DNA of 64,000 bases from Candidatus Latescibacterota bacterium (GTDB lineage: Bacteria; Latescibacterota; UBA2968; GCA-2709665): the NCBI GenBank assembly GCA_965226795.1, contig CBDDDZ010000005.1, positions 288,001-352,000 on the forward strand, written 5' to 3'. A program made the translations under genes and the position numbers. Every line of letters starts with the position of its first letter. Position 1 is the first letter of the stretch. The notes beneath the pieces were generated by a model. That model was not told the origin of the DNA. It saw only the letters and a list, made by a program, of their open reading frames with translations, and did not search any database. Of the stretch, positions 27,934-37,357 are shown one piece after another.

Positions 27934-29163
27934 TTATCCGCCAGTCCGGCCTGGCGCCGTGTAAATGGTCTCCTGCCGGACCAGCGCGTCAATTTCGTCG
28001 GTTTCGAATCCTGCCACTCGCGTCAGCACTTCCCGGGTGTCAACGCCCACTTCCCTCCCGGCCCAACGCACTTTCCCCGGCGTTTCCGAGAGACTGGGTA
28101 CGACGCCCGGCAACGTGACCGTGCCCAGGACGTCATCCGGCATTTCCAGCAGCATATCTCGCGCTTTGTAATGTTCATCGGCGAAAATGTCCCGCAGCGT
28201 GAAAATCCGCGCGGCGGGTACGTCACTTGAGACCAGCTTCCGCTCCAGCTCTGAAAGCGAGTTCGCCGACGTCCAGTCGGCAATGATATCGTCGATATCG
28301 TCTTCGTACCGGGAGCGGGCGGTCGCTGTTCCAAAGCGATCATCGTCAGCGAGATGCCGGGCGCCCATGCAGGTCGTCAGGCGCTCGAAGGTGGTGTCGT
28401 TGCCGGCGGTGATGTGGATGAAGTCGCCGTCAGCAGTGGGATAGAGGTTGTTTGGCGTGCTGTTTGGCAACCGGGATCCGGTACGGGTGGGGACCGTCCC
28501 AAGCGCGGCGAATGCCGGAACATGGGGTTCCATAAAGCTGAATGCCCCCTCGTACAGCGCCGCGTCGACAACCTGCCCCTTGCCGGTCCGGGTTCTGGAG
28601 AAGAGCGCCATAACGGCGCCGAAAGCGGCGTACAGACCCGTGATACAATCCGTCAGGGAGATGCTAACGCGGCTTGGCGGGCGATCCGGCTCGCCCGTTA
28701 TTTCTCTGAGGCCGCCCACGGCCTCGCTGGTGACGCCGTATCCGGGCCGATGGCGGTAGGGGCCCGTTTGCCCGTACCCGCTGATGCGGACGAGGATGAT
28801 GCCGGGTTGGATCGCGGAGAGGGCGTCGAAACCCAGGTTCCATTCTTCCATTTTTCCCGGCCGGAAGTTTTCAACAACCACGTCGGAGGCTTCCGCCAGT
28901 CGCTTGATGACGACCTGTCCGGCGGGTGTTCTCAGATCGACCGAGATGAGATGTTTGTTGCGCAGGATGCTGGCTGCATAGAGCGACCGGCCCCGGCTGC
29001 GTTTGCCCATCTGGCGCACGGGATCACCCGACGGCGGCTCCACCTTGATGACTTCCGCGCCAAAATCCGCCAGGAGGCGGCCGCAGAACGGACCGGAAAC
29101 GGTGCTGCCCATTTCCAGTACGCGACATCCTGTGAGGGGTCCGGCGTTGGTGGATGGTGCCAT
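27934..29163 (-). CDS. CaiB/BaiF family (class III) CoA-transferase
   Basis: GPFCGRLLADFGAEVIKVEPP.GD, NK..I.VDL, ENFRPG, SGYGQTGPY..RPGYG. Confidence 0.93.
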   Translation of the reverse strand: MAPSTNAGPLTGCRVLEMGSTVSGPFCGRLLADFGAEVIKVEPPSGDPVRQMGKRSRGRSLYAASILRNKHLISVDLRTPAGQVVIKRLAEASDVVVENFRPGKMEEWNLGFDALSAIQPGIILVRISGYGQTGPYRHRPGYGVTSEAVGGLREITGEPDRPPSRVSISLTDCITGLYAAFGAVMALFSRTRTGKGQVVDAALYEGAFSFMEPHVPAFAALGTVPTRTGSRLPNSTPNNLYPTADGDFIHITAGNDTTFERLTTCMGARHLADDDRFGTATARSRYEDDIDDIIADWTSANSLSELERKLVSSDVPAARIFTLRDIFADEHYKARDMLLEMPDDVLGTVTLPGVVPSLSETPGKVRWAGREVGVDTREVLTRVAGFETDEIDALVRQETIYTAPGRTGG

Positions 29164-29167
29164 TTTA

Positions 29168-30265
29168 TCAAACGGTCGGGGATGGAATTTCGACACAGAC
29201 GGCGCCCGGTACTTCGACGGGGCTGCCGACAGGCTCAAGGGCGCCGGTGTCCGGGTTGATCCGGAAACAGGTGACCGCGTTGCCGCGTTGATTGGCGGCG
29301 AGGAGATACTTGCCCGCGGGATCGAATTCCAGGTTCCAGGGCCACGCACCGCGCGAGGGTTCATGGCCGAGCGGGGTGAGTTCGCCCGTAGCGGCGTCGA
29401 TCGACATAACCGCGATGCTGTCGTGCCCCCGGTTGGAGCCGTAGAGAAAGCGGCCGGAAGGGTGGACCCGGATGTCGGCGCAGAAGTTCTCGCCGCCGTA
29501 GTCATCGGGCAGGGCGGAGAGAGTCTGGCGTTCAGCGAGGGATCCGGACTCGGCATCGTAGTCGAAGACGACGATGGTGCTGTCGAGTTCGTTGATCACG
29601 TAGGCCCTGCTGCCGTCGGGATGGAAGGCAATGTGCCTGGGTCCCGCACCCGCGCGAGTCGAAACGAACCCCTGCTCGGTCGGCTCGATGGATGCTTCCG
29701 ACGCGTCGAGCCGGTAGCTCATTACTTTGTCGATACCCAGGTCGGCGGCAAACGCGAAACGATGATCGGGTGAGAGAACAATGGAGTGGACGTGCGGGCC
29801 CTCCTGGCGTCCTGCGTCGACGCTGGATCCTTCGTGTCGGACGACCTGGGAAACAGGTTCGAGTTGTCCGTTCTCATCGATCGCAAGTGCTGTCAGGCTG
29901 CCGGATCCGTAGTTTCCGGCAAGCAGACAGCGGTTTGTCCGGTCAACGCTGAGATAACAGGGCAGGTCGCCTCCGGCATGCTGTTCATTGAGCAGCGTAA
30001 GGGCGCCGGATCCGGGATCAATGGAGTACGACTTGATGCAGCCCCCCGGTCTGCCGTCGAATTCGTCCACGGCGCATGCCCCGTACAGGACACGCCCGCC
30101 GGAGTCGGCGGCGAGGAAGAAGGGGTTGTGCACGTCCGGTACCTTCGACACGGCTTCGAGTTCGCCGGACGAGGTATCGAGATTGAGAATGTGCAGGCCT
30201 TCGGTACGATCGTCTGTATAGGTGCCAACGTAGACCGTGACGTGAGCGCCGGATTGATCTGACAT
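29168..30265 (-). CDS. pgl: 6-phosphogluconolactonase (YbhE/lactonase beta-propeller family)
   Basis: YVGTYT, GNYGSGS, RQEGPHVH, ADLGID, GAGPRH, SNRGHDSIA. Confidence 0.85.
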   Translation of the reverse strand: MSDQSGAHVTVYVGTYTDDRTEGLHILNLDTSSGELEAVSKVPDVHNPFFLAADSGGRVLYGACAVDEFDGRPGGCIKSYSIDPGSGALTLLNEQHAGGDLPCYLSVDRTNRCLLAGNYGSGSLTALAIDENGQLEPVSQVVRHEGSSVDAGRQEGPHVHSIVLSPDHRFAFAADLGIDKVMSYRLDASEASIEPTEQGFVSTRAGAGPRHIAFHPDGSRAYVINELDSTIVVFDYDAESGSLAERQTLSALPDDYGGENFCADIRVHPSGRFLYGSNRGHDSIAVMSIDAATGELTPLGHEPSRGAWPWNLEFDPAGKYLLAANQRGNAVTCFRINPDTGALEPVGSPVEVPGAVCVEIPSPTV

Positions 30266-30602
30266 TTTCGGGGCTCCTGTCTCTAAAAGTGATGTATTGG
30301 AAAGCTGTGGCTGGAATGTCGTACGAAACCGTTGTTGCGAGTATCGGTTTGTATTTGATTTAACCAAAATATAGACGGAAAAGGTGCGAGATCAAAATTT
30401 TTCTCACCGATCCACGTGCAGCGATTCGAAATCTACCAGCGACCGGCGTCAACCTGGCTCAAACGCCGCAGCCGCGTTCATCGCACTTCTTGTATTTTCG
30501 CCGCTGCGGATTTATCTTTAGACGCCGGGAGGTACGGTTGTAGAGAACGTCCCAAACAGCTGCTCGGGGACCTGCGGCAACTAAGCCCTGGCCGTAGCCG
30601 CT

Positions 30603-30663
30603 CCCTGAGCCTGTCGAAGGGTCGGCGGAGGGTAGCGAAACGCGGGCATTTCGACAAGCTCAA
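30603..30663. repeat. REP-like doublet of the CTGAGCCTGTCGAAG family
   Basis: CCCTGAGCCTGTCGAAGGG...GGGTAGCGAAACGCGGGC..TTCGACAAGCTCA, matching 7386-7455. Confidence 0.8.
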
Positions 30664-30751
30664 TGACCGCGTTTCGACGGTCGCGCAAACTGACAGTTTG
30701 CGCAACTTAATCAAGCGCCTTCACCTCTCCATCATTCCCACCTTGAAGGGG

Positions 30752-30797
30752 GTCGCAGAAGCCGGGCCGGCAGGCGCCAGGCTGATGCGGTGGGGGA
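30752..30797 (+). repeat. Dispersed repeat shared with 55703-55748
   Basis: GTCGCAGAAGCCG(G/A)GCCGGCAGGCG..GGCTGATGCGGTGGGGG in both places. Confidence 0.75.
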
Positions 30798-30836
30798 ATG
30801 TCCTGGCGCGGCCGAAATCAACATGTGAGGACAGTT

Positions 30837-31682
30837 ATGGATGCGGCGCTTCTTCCGACGACCAACGCGGACGGTCTGCCGGTTGTACCGATGACCGACG
30901 CGCAGAAGTACACCTTCGATCTGAAGGGTTGGATCTGTCTGCCCGATCTGTTCCACGAAGAGCGACTCGACCGGATCCGGCAGCATCAGATGGATTTCCT
31001 TTACCGCCGCGATGCGCTTCCGCCTGAAGAACGGGACAACCACGGCGGGCCGTCGCAGGTGCTTCTGGATCATCCCGCGGTGGTGGGGGTGCTCAACGAA
31101 ATCCTCTCCCATCGCCCGCTGGCGACCGAAGACTGTTACGGGTTTCGATACGACCACACGTACACCAGCCATCGAAAGGCCGGGAACGATAATTTCGGGC
31201 CCCACGGGGGCGGCGCCTATTTTTCTTTCTGCGGCAATTCCCACATCTACCAGATGCTGCCGGGGCGGGTCCATTCGGGCCTGACCCGCGTGGTGTGGGA
31301 ACTCAACGAGGTGGGCGACGGCGACGGGGGAACGATGTTTCTAACCGGCAGTCACAAGGCGGCGTTTCCAAGACCGGAGGAAATCAGCGGCAGGGAGAGT
31401 TCGCTATGGGAGACCTATACCTGCCCCGCGGGATCGGCGGTGATTTTCACCGAGGCCCTCTGCCACTCGGGCACGCTCTGGTCCAACGAGACCCGCGACC
31501 GGCTGACTCTCTTTACCTGTTACAACACGGTTAACGCCAAATGGGGGAAGGGGTGCCCGCCGCCGGAGGTGATCGCCGCGATGCCGCCCAAACGCCAGAC
31601 GCTGTTCCGAGGAGTCTGGCACGGGATGACCGAAGTGCCAAAGATCAACAAGTACTACGACGAGGCCAACCGGGCGGTGTGA
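30837..31682 (+). CDS. PhyH-like Fe(II)/2-oxoglutarate-dependent enzyme with HxG motif
   Basis: KYTFDLKGW, LLDHP, PHGG in place of HxD, DGGTMFLTGSHKA, FTEALCHSG, and the 2OG-binding Arg (DRLTL). Confidence 0.82.
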   Translation: MDAALLPTTNADGLPVVPMTDAQKYTFDLKGWICLPDLFHEERLDRIRQHQMDFLYRRDALPPEERDNHGGPSQVLLDHPAVVGVLNEILSHRPLATEDCYGFRYDHTYTSHRKAGNDNFGPHGGGAYFSFCGNSHIYQMLPGRVHSGLTRVVWELNEVGDGDGGTMFLTGSHKAAFPRPEEISGRESSLWETYTCPAGSAVIFTEALCHSGTLWSNETRDRLTLFTCYNTVNAKWGKGCPPPEVIAAMPPKRQTLFRGVWHGMTEVPKINKYYDEANRAV

Positions 31683-31868
31683 ACCGGGTATTCTTGTCGG
31701 CTGTGCAAAATGGTGTAACACGGCTTGATGTTCTGTCCCGGAAATGGATCGCCGAAATTCGGCCGACCAGAAGCGGCAAAAACAGCAATCAGCGGTCAGC
31801 TTTCAGCCGTCAGCTAACGGCGGTTTTCGATACGGACCCGCGATCTCAATTCGCGGATGTTGATTTTC

Positions 31869-31892
31869 GTAGGGGCGGTTCGCGAACCGCCC
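31869..31892 (+). repeat. GTAG-family REP
   Basis: GTAGGGGCGGTTCGCGAACCGCCC. Relatives at 41903, 47517, 54726 and 60822. Confidence 0.8.
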
Positions 31893-32125
31893 GCCTTGTG
31901 GCCCTCAGGTTTTATATCTCGGCCACCGGGTGGAGGAGGCGTTGTTCGCAGCGTGAGACGTGTCGCTCACCATCAATCCCGAACGCCAAAACCATGCGTC
32001 CCCTGTTGTTCCGCATAACCCCGCAACAGGTCACCCGCTACGCTGGTGGAGGTTGGTTGTCGGCGCATTGACGTCAAAAATATCATCAACATATTGCGAT
32101 TCTCCCAACGTGCGACAGGTGGTGT

Positions 32126-32555
32126 GGGGGGTTTTTCCGCGCTATTCCGTTCAGCGCCGTTGCACCAAGCGTGCTTACCCGTACGCAGGGCAGACGTGTA
32201 CGTAACCGCCACTGGAGTCATTCGCGGAAAAACCGGCCCCGCGCCGAGCGGCCTGCCTGCGCCGAGCCGTGCTCGGCAGGCAGGCGCCCTTCTTTTTCGC
32301 CCTTTTTCTTGGGCGAAGCAAGAAAAAGGGCAAGGGAATAGGGGACGTTTGGGTGTGGCGAAGATTCTAACTCACGGGTGGCGAGCCGCTGTTGCTTCGA
32401 CAAGCTCAACGCAGGCAGCACAAGCAGTGTAAGCGCTTCGACAGGCTCAGCGCAAGCAACGCTGCAAGACGGAATGAATCGGCCTGCCTGTGCGGAAGGC
32501 CTGCACGCAGACAGGCGGATGAATGGTGACATATTTCTGGGACGGGACACTTGAG
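32126..32555 (+). repeat. Structured repeat element, copy C, plus shared leader with inserted REPs
   Basis: 32220-32366 is identical to 33567-33713. A second shared block at about 32468-32553 matches about 33732-33812. Confidence 0.85.
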
Positions 32556-32566
32556 GAGGGAACACA

Positions 32567-33367
32567 ATGAAGGTCGGCATATATGCTTCGTATTTCGGCA
32601 AGGAAGAACCCAAGGCGTTCCCCGATGTCGAGTCTTTCATAGACCTCGCCTATGAGCTGCGTCTGGACGTCATCGATTTCCGGGTGGACGTGGGGTTCGG
32701 CTCCAAAGACACCGACTATCTCAGAGGCATCAAGATAAAATGCCTGAAAGCCGGGCTGCCGATCGGCTATCTTGCGTCGGGCGGGCATTTTGTGGGTACG
32801 GATGAAGAGTTGCGTCAGAAGGTCGAGCAGGCGAAGGCCGACGTGGAAGTGGCTGCCTACCTGGGAACGCCGATGATTCGGCTATTCTGCGGCGCTCCTG
32901 AGGAGGGGGGCCGGGAGAGTGAGATCCGGTGTTTTCAGGAAGTGTGCGATTTCGCCGCAGATGCCGGGATTATTGTGGGCCTCCAAAATCACCCGAGCAC
33001 GGGTGACGGCGTTCTGCGTATCCTGCGGGAAACAGACCGCGAAAACTTCACCTTTATCATGGACACCGGCCAGTGGGTGGGCTCGCCGGGGCTGAATTTC
33101 GGTGTGGGCGATCCGGACGTCGATATCTACCACTATATGGAACAGACCGCGCCATATGCTGCCTACGTCCGCGCCAAGATCTACAAGATAGACAGCGGTC
33201 GGGAGGCGTGGCTCGATTACCCGCGCATCGTCGGTATTCTGAAATCGGCGGGCTTCAACGGCGTCATTTCGATCACGTTCGAGGGGAAGGACGTCAACCG
33301 CTGCGGCGACAGGGAAACCTTCAGGCTGGCGGCGCAGCACCTGCGCGAGACGATCGCGGCGGCGTAG
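32567..33367 (+). CDS. Sugar phosphate isomerase/epimerase (AP-endonuclease-2 TIM barrel)
   Basis: GAGGAGG RBS, LGTPMIRLF, GLQNH, IMDTGQW, LDYPRI..L...GFNG.ISITFEG. Confidence 0.85.
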   Translation: MKVGIYASYFGKEEPKAFPDVESFIDLAYELRLDVIDFRVDVGFGSKDTDYLRGIKIKCLKAGLPIGYLASGGHFVGTDEELRQKVEQAKADVEVAAYLGTPMIRLFCGAPEEGGRESEIRCFQEVCDFAADAGIIVGLQNHPSTGDGVLRILRETDRENFTFIMDTGQWVGSPGLNFGVGDPDVDIYHYMEQTAPYAAYVRAKIYKIDSGREAWLDYPRIVGILKSAGFNGVISITFEGKDVNRCGDRETFRLAAQHLRETIAAA

Positions 33368-33472
33368 ACCAGGCGCGCCCAGGGATCGCAGGAGATAGCG
33401 ACTAGCGGCAGAACCGCAATTCCAGGAAGCTGTCCTTACAGGTCTAACTCCTCGCCGTCCGGTGGCGGCGAT

Positions 33473-33812
33473 GGGGGTTTTTCCGTGTTAATCCGACCAG
33501 CACTGTTGTATTGGTACAGTTAAGGAGCCCGTAGGCCACCGAATTTACGCTTATGCCCCTGAGGTGATTCGCGGAAAAACCGGCCCCGCGCCGAGCGGCC
33601 TGCCTGCGCCGAGCCGTGCTCGGCAGGCAGGCGCCCTTCTTTTTCGCCCTTTTTCTTGGGCGAAGCAAGAAAAAGGGCAAGGGAATAGGGGACGTTTGGG
33701 TGTGGCGAAGATTGTATCTCACGGTGGCGAGACGGGACGAATCGGCCTGCCTGCTGAAGCATGCGAGGCAGGCGGATGAATGGTAACATATTTCCGGGAC
33801 GGGACACTGAGG
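33473..33812 (+). repeat. Structured repeat element, copy D, plus shared leader
   Basis: Outer helix GGTTTTTCCGTG/CGCGGAAAAACC, nested GCCTGCCTG..CAGGCAGGC hairpin, 12-bp CCCTTTTTCTTG/CAAGAAAAAGGG hairpin. Confidence 0.85.
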
Positions 33813-33831
33813 GGCCAGTAGAGACGAGCGA

Positions 33832-34560
33832 ATGCGCCGACTGACCGACTACCGTGTCCTGACCTTCGACTGCTACGGCACCCTGATCGACTGGGAGTGC
33901 GGAATCTGGGATGCATTGCAGCCGCTGATGATGCGCAACTGTGCCACGTGCCTCACGCGCGACGCGGTGCTGCGCGCCTTCGCCCATTGCGAGAGCCGGC
34001 AGGAGCGGGCCACGCCCGGCCTGCGCTATCCGGAACTGCTCGCCCGGGTGCACGCGCGCGTGGCGGCGAGACTCGGCCTGCAGACAGACGATGAACTCGA
34101 CGCGGCGTTCGGCGCCTCTTTGCCGCACTGGCCCGCGTTCCCGGACACCGCCGATGCGTTGCGAATCCTCAAGCAACACTACAGGCTCGTCATCCTTTCC
34201 AACGTCCACCGCGATGGCATCGCCGACTCGAACCGGAAGTTGGGCGTCGATTTCGACGCCATCTACACCGCGGAGGACATCGGCTCCTACAAGCCGGCCG
34301 ACGCCAACTTCGAGTACCTGCTCACGCACCTGAAGTCTGACCTGGGGATGGAACGATCGGACGTGCTGCACACCGCGCAGAGTCTGCACCACGACCATGT
34401 ACCGGCAAGGAAGTTCGGGCTGGCCAATGCCTGGATCGACCGGCAGCGGCTATCGGAGGGCGGGGGTTGGGGCGCGACAGAGCGGGTGGAAACGACGCCG
34501 AAGACCGACTACGTCTTCTTCTCGTTGGGTGAGATGGCGGAAGCGGCGATGGGCATCTGA
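33832..34560 (+). CDS. HAD-family hydrolase, 2-haloacid dehalogenase type II-like
   Basis: LTFDCYGTLIDWE, WPAFPDT, ILSN, SYKP, HTAQSLHHDH. Confidence 0.88.
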   Translation: MRRLTDYRVLTFDCYGTLIDWECGIWDALQPLMMRNCATCLTRDAVLRAFAHCESRQERATPGLRYPELLARVHARVAARLGLQTDDELDAAFGASLPHWPAFPDTADALRILKQHYRLVILSNVHRDGIADSNRKLGVDFDAIYTAEDIGSYKPADANFEYLLTHLKSDLGMERSDVLHTAQSLHHDHVPARKFGLANAWIDRQRLSEGGGWGATERVETTPKTDYVFFSLGEMAEAAMGI

Positions 34561-35033
34561 ACCGGGCGGCTACGGTATGCTGGTGTCACGGGGTCGCCTC
34601 TCTCAACCTGAAGGCCGTTCCGATTGCACATTTTCCTTCCTGATTGGTCCTACCCGGAATACAACCCCTTCTGCTAAAGTGCGGACCTGGGTCTGGACCG
34701 CGACTCCGATTGCCGCTATATCTCGCGATTTAAAGGAAAATTCACTCAAAAGCCACCAACATTACCCAGAAAATCATCAGGTTTTTTAATATTGATATAT
34801 TAAATTGCGTTAACAGTATCGTTAAGATAAATAACTCACTCGGCGGCAATCTTTTGGCGATGGCATACCGTACGATTCCACGTCACATCCTGTTCGTAGG
34901 TCAAGCCGATCCGCGGGGAGTAGGTCGTTGCGTGTGTCTGCATCAAAGGAATGGATATTGTCATTGCCGTGTGCAGTCCGGATCGGGTTTCAGCCGCACG
35001 CATCTGGTATCAATACATGAAAGGAGACAGGTG

Positions 35034-37088
35034 ATGAGGCATTTTACCACGGCTATCGTGCTGATCGTTGTCTGCCTGCAACCGCTCTTCGCCCAGGACT
35101 TAATCGATTCCAATAACCATCAGATGCGGCACCTTCCTCACGGAGCGATTGCCCGGCTGGGTAAGGGCGCGATTGGTCAGAGCGACAGGGCGGTCGTTTT
35201 TTCTCCGGACGGCAGGCTTGTCGCGGTGGCAAGCGGAATTGGCGTATTTCTTTACAGCGTGGCGGACCCGGAACGATCCACGCTGTTTCCCTCCGACGCT
35301 GTCCATTCGTTGTCATTTTCACCCGACGGCAAAAAGCTTGTCACGGCAGGAGGCCAGTGGAGACATGGACAGATCAGGTTGTGGGACGTGGAAACGGGAG
35401 TCCGTACCAGGAACGTGGAGGGATGGTCTTTTGGCAATGCCACGTTTTCTCCTGATGGCAAAACCCTCGCCTACCGTGCGAAAGATGGCGTGAATATTGT
35501 ACTCCGGGATGTGGCCTCATGGATTCCCGAGACCACCAGCGGCCGCGATGGCGTCAGTTTTCTTCACTGTTTGACGTTTTCACCGGATGGCGCGCTCATT
35601 GCTGCTGGGTACGGGGACGGCGCGATCATTCTGTGGGACGTGGTAACGCGCACCCCTGCCACGACACTAAAGGGACACAGTGACGAAGTCTATTCCGTAG
35701 CCTTCTCGCCCAACGGAAGCACGCTCGCCTCAGGTTCCGGCGACGAAACGGTCATGCTGTGGGATATGGCAACGCGCACGAACTCCGCTACCCTCAGGGC
35801 AAACTCCCCTGTTACCAGCGTCGCGTTTTCTCCCGACGGTTCGGTTGTCGCCTCCGGTACATGGTTCCGAAGAGTTAAACTCTGGAACACTACGACGGGT
35901 GAAAATATCGACACGTTCAACGACCATCGGGATCTGGTTCGCGCGGTCTCTTTCTCTCCTGACGGGAGCACGCTCGCCTCCGCTTCCACAGGTGGCACGG
36001 TCAAGCTGCGGAATCTGTCATCGGGAAACGTCACTACTATTGCCGGCCATTCGCCAACGGTTTTGGGTCTGGCATTTTCGCCAGACGGCGCTACACTGGC
36101 GACGTACAGCAGCGGATACTCGGCCGGGATCGAATTATGGGACACGTCAACGCGACGGATACTTGCGACGCTTCGCGGGCATAGCTTGCCGATCGCATCG
36201 ATCTCTATTTCACACGATGGGACGACCCTTGCTTCGGCAGCTGGAAATACGGTTATCCTTTGGGAACTGGACACCTATAAGGATTTCGCGCATCTGGACC
36301 ACGAGAACGGACCGTCGGCGGTATCGTTTTCTCCCGATGGCGCCGTTCTGGCCACCGGAGGTTGGCCGGGATGGGTCAATCTGTGGAACGTCAAGACACA
36401 AGAGCAAGGCATTGGAGTTTCCGGTCTCAGCGATGGGGTCAAGGAGCTGGAATTTTCACCGGACGGAACCATGCTGGCTTCGGGATTGAACAATGGTGAA
36501 ATCAGGACATGGGACCTGGCCACCGGCAAGACCGTCGCCGTACTCGAGGGACTTACCAATTCTATACTCTCAATGTCCTTTTCTTCCGACGGGTCAGAGC
36601 TTTCTGCCGGTTCATATAGTGAATCGGTGATGGTATGGGAACTGGAAACGGGCACAGCCATCGCCACACGAAAACCGGAGTTGTTTGAAAGGGTCGCGTT
36701 CTCACCCGACAGGACGATGTTCGCCACCGGCTCGCAGGATCAAAGGGTCAGACTCTACGACATGTCGAACGGTGAGATTGTCTCCACCTTCGAAGGACAT
36801 GCGCACACCGTCTCCAGCTTGTTGTTTTCGCCGGACGGCAAGACTCTCGCATCGGGATCTTACGATGGCACGATTCTACTATGGGATCTGACCCCGGACC
36901 GTGTTTCCCGACCCCCAGATCTCGACTATGACGATAACGGCGCCGTCGGCTTTGGCGACTTTATCGAGCTTGCGTCTCGATTTGGTCTGAGGAAGGGCGA
37001 ACTGGGTTATCACGTGCGATACGACCTGGATGGCAACGGCATGATCGGAAGTGGCGATTTTGTGATCTTCGCGAAGAATTTCGGTTGA
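35034..37088 (+). CDS. Secreted WD40-repeat protein with C-terminal dockerin-like double EF-hand (array gene 1)
   Basis: AAGGAG RBS, signal peptide ..LFA-Q, LP.GAIARLGKG cap, many FSPDG..LASGS.D....LWD repeats, DYDDNGAVGFGDF..YDLDGNGMIGSGDF tail. Confidence 0.9.
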   Translation: MRHFTTAIVLIVVCLQPLFAQDLIDSNNHQMRHLPHGAIARLGKGAIGQSDRAVVFSPDGRLVAVASGIGVFLYSVADPERSTLFPSDAVHSLSFSPDGKKLVTAGGQWRHGQIRLWDVETGVRTRNVEGWSFGNATFSPDGKTLAYRAKDGVNIVLRDVASWIPETTSGRDGVSFLHCLTFSPDGALIAAGYGDGAIILWDVVTRTPATTLKGHSDEVYSVAFSPNGSTLASGSGDETVMLWDMATRTNSATLRANSPVTSVAFSPDGSVVASGTWFRRVKLWNTTTGENIDTFNDHRDLVRAVSFSPDGSTLASASTGGTVKLRNLSSGNVTTIAGHSPTVLGLAFSPDGATLATYSSGYSAGIELWDTSTRRILATLRGHSLPIASISISHDGTTLASAAGNTVILWELDTYKDFAHLDHENGPSAVSFSPDGAVLATGGWPGWVNLWNVKTQEQGIGVSGLSDGVKELEFSPDGTMLASGLNNGEIRTWDLATGKTVAVLEGLTNSILSMSFSSDGSELSAGSYSESVMVWELETGTAIATRKPELFERVAFSPDRTMFATGSQDQRVRLYDMSNGEIVSTFEGHAHTVSSLLFSPDGKTLASGSYDGTILLWDLTPDRVSRPPDLDYDDNGAVGFGDFIELASRFGLRKGELGYHVRYDLDGNGMIGSGDFVIFAKNFG

Positions 37089-37357
37089 AATACGTCAACT
37101 CGTCGAGACGGGACAGGACCGACGGCGCTCGAACTGGTGCATGTCCTGTATCAATTCCGATGGACCACATCGGAGCGAGTGCGGATAACCGGATCTAATT
37201 GGTACTCTCGTCGGGAGGACTGCAGCCCGAGTTGGGTTCTCCAGCGTGGGTTTCCGGACTTTCGTGTAATGGGTGTGAGCCAACGAAGACGGGGAATAAT
37301 GCCGAACGCGCGGGTGAGTCGCGCGAATTTGGTATCCATTATAAGAGGAGACATGAC

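Noticed and set aside
32126..33812. Integron attC sites
   Set aside because: Only one RYYYAAC-like box (about 33442) was found, with no matching GTTRRRY ends across copies and no integrase. The repeats precede genes rather than follow them.
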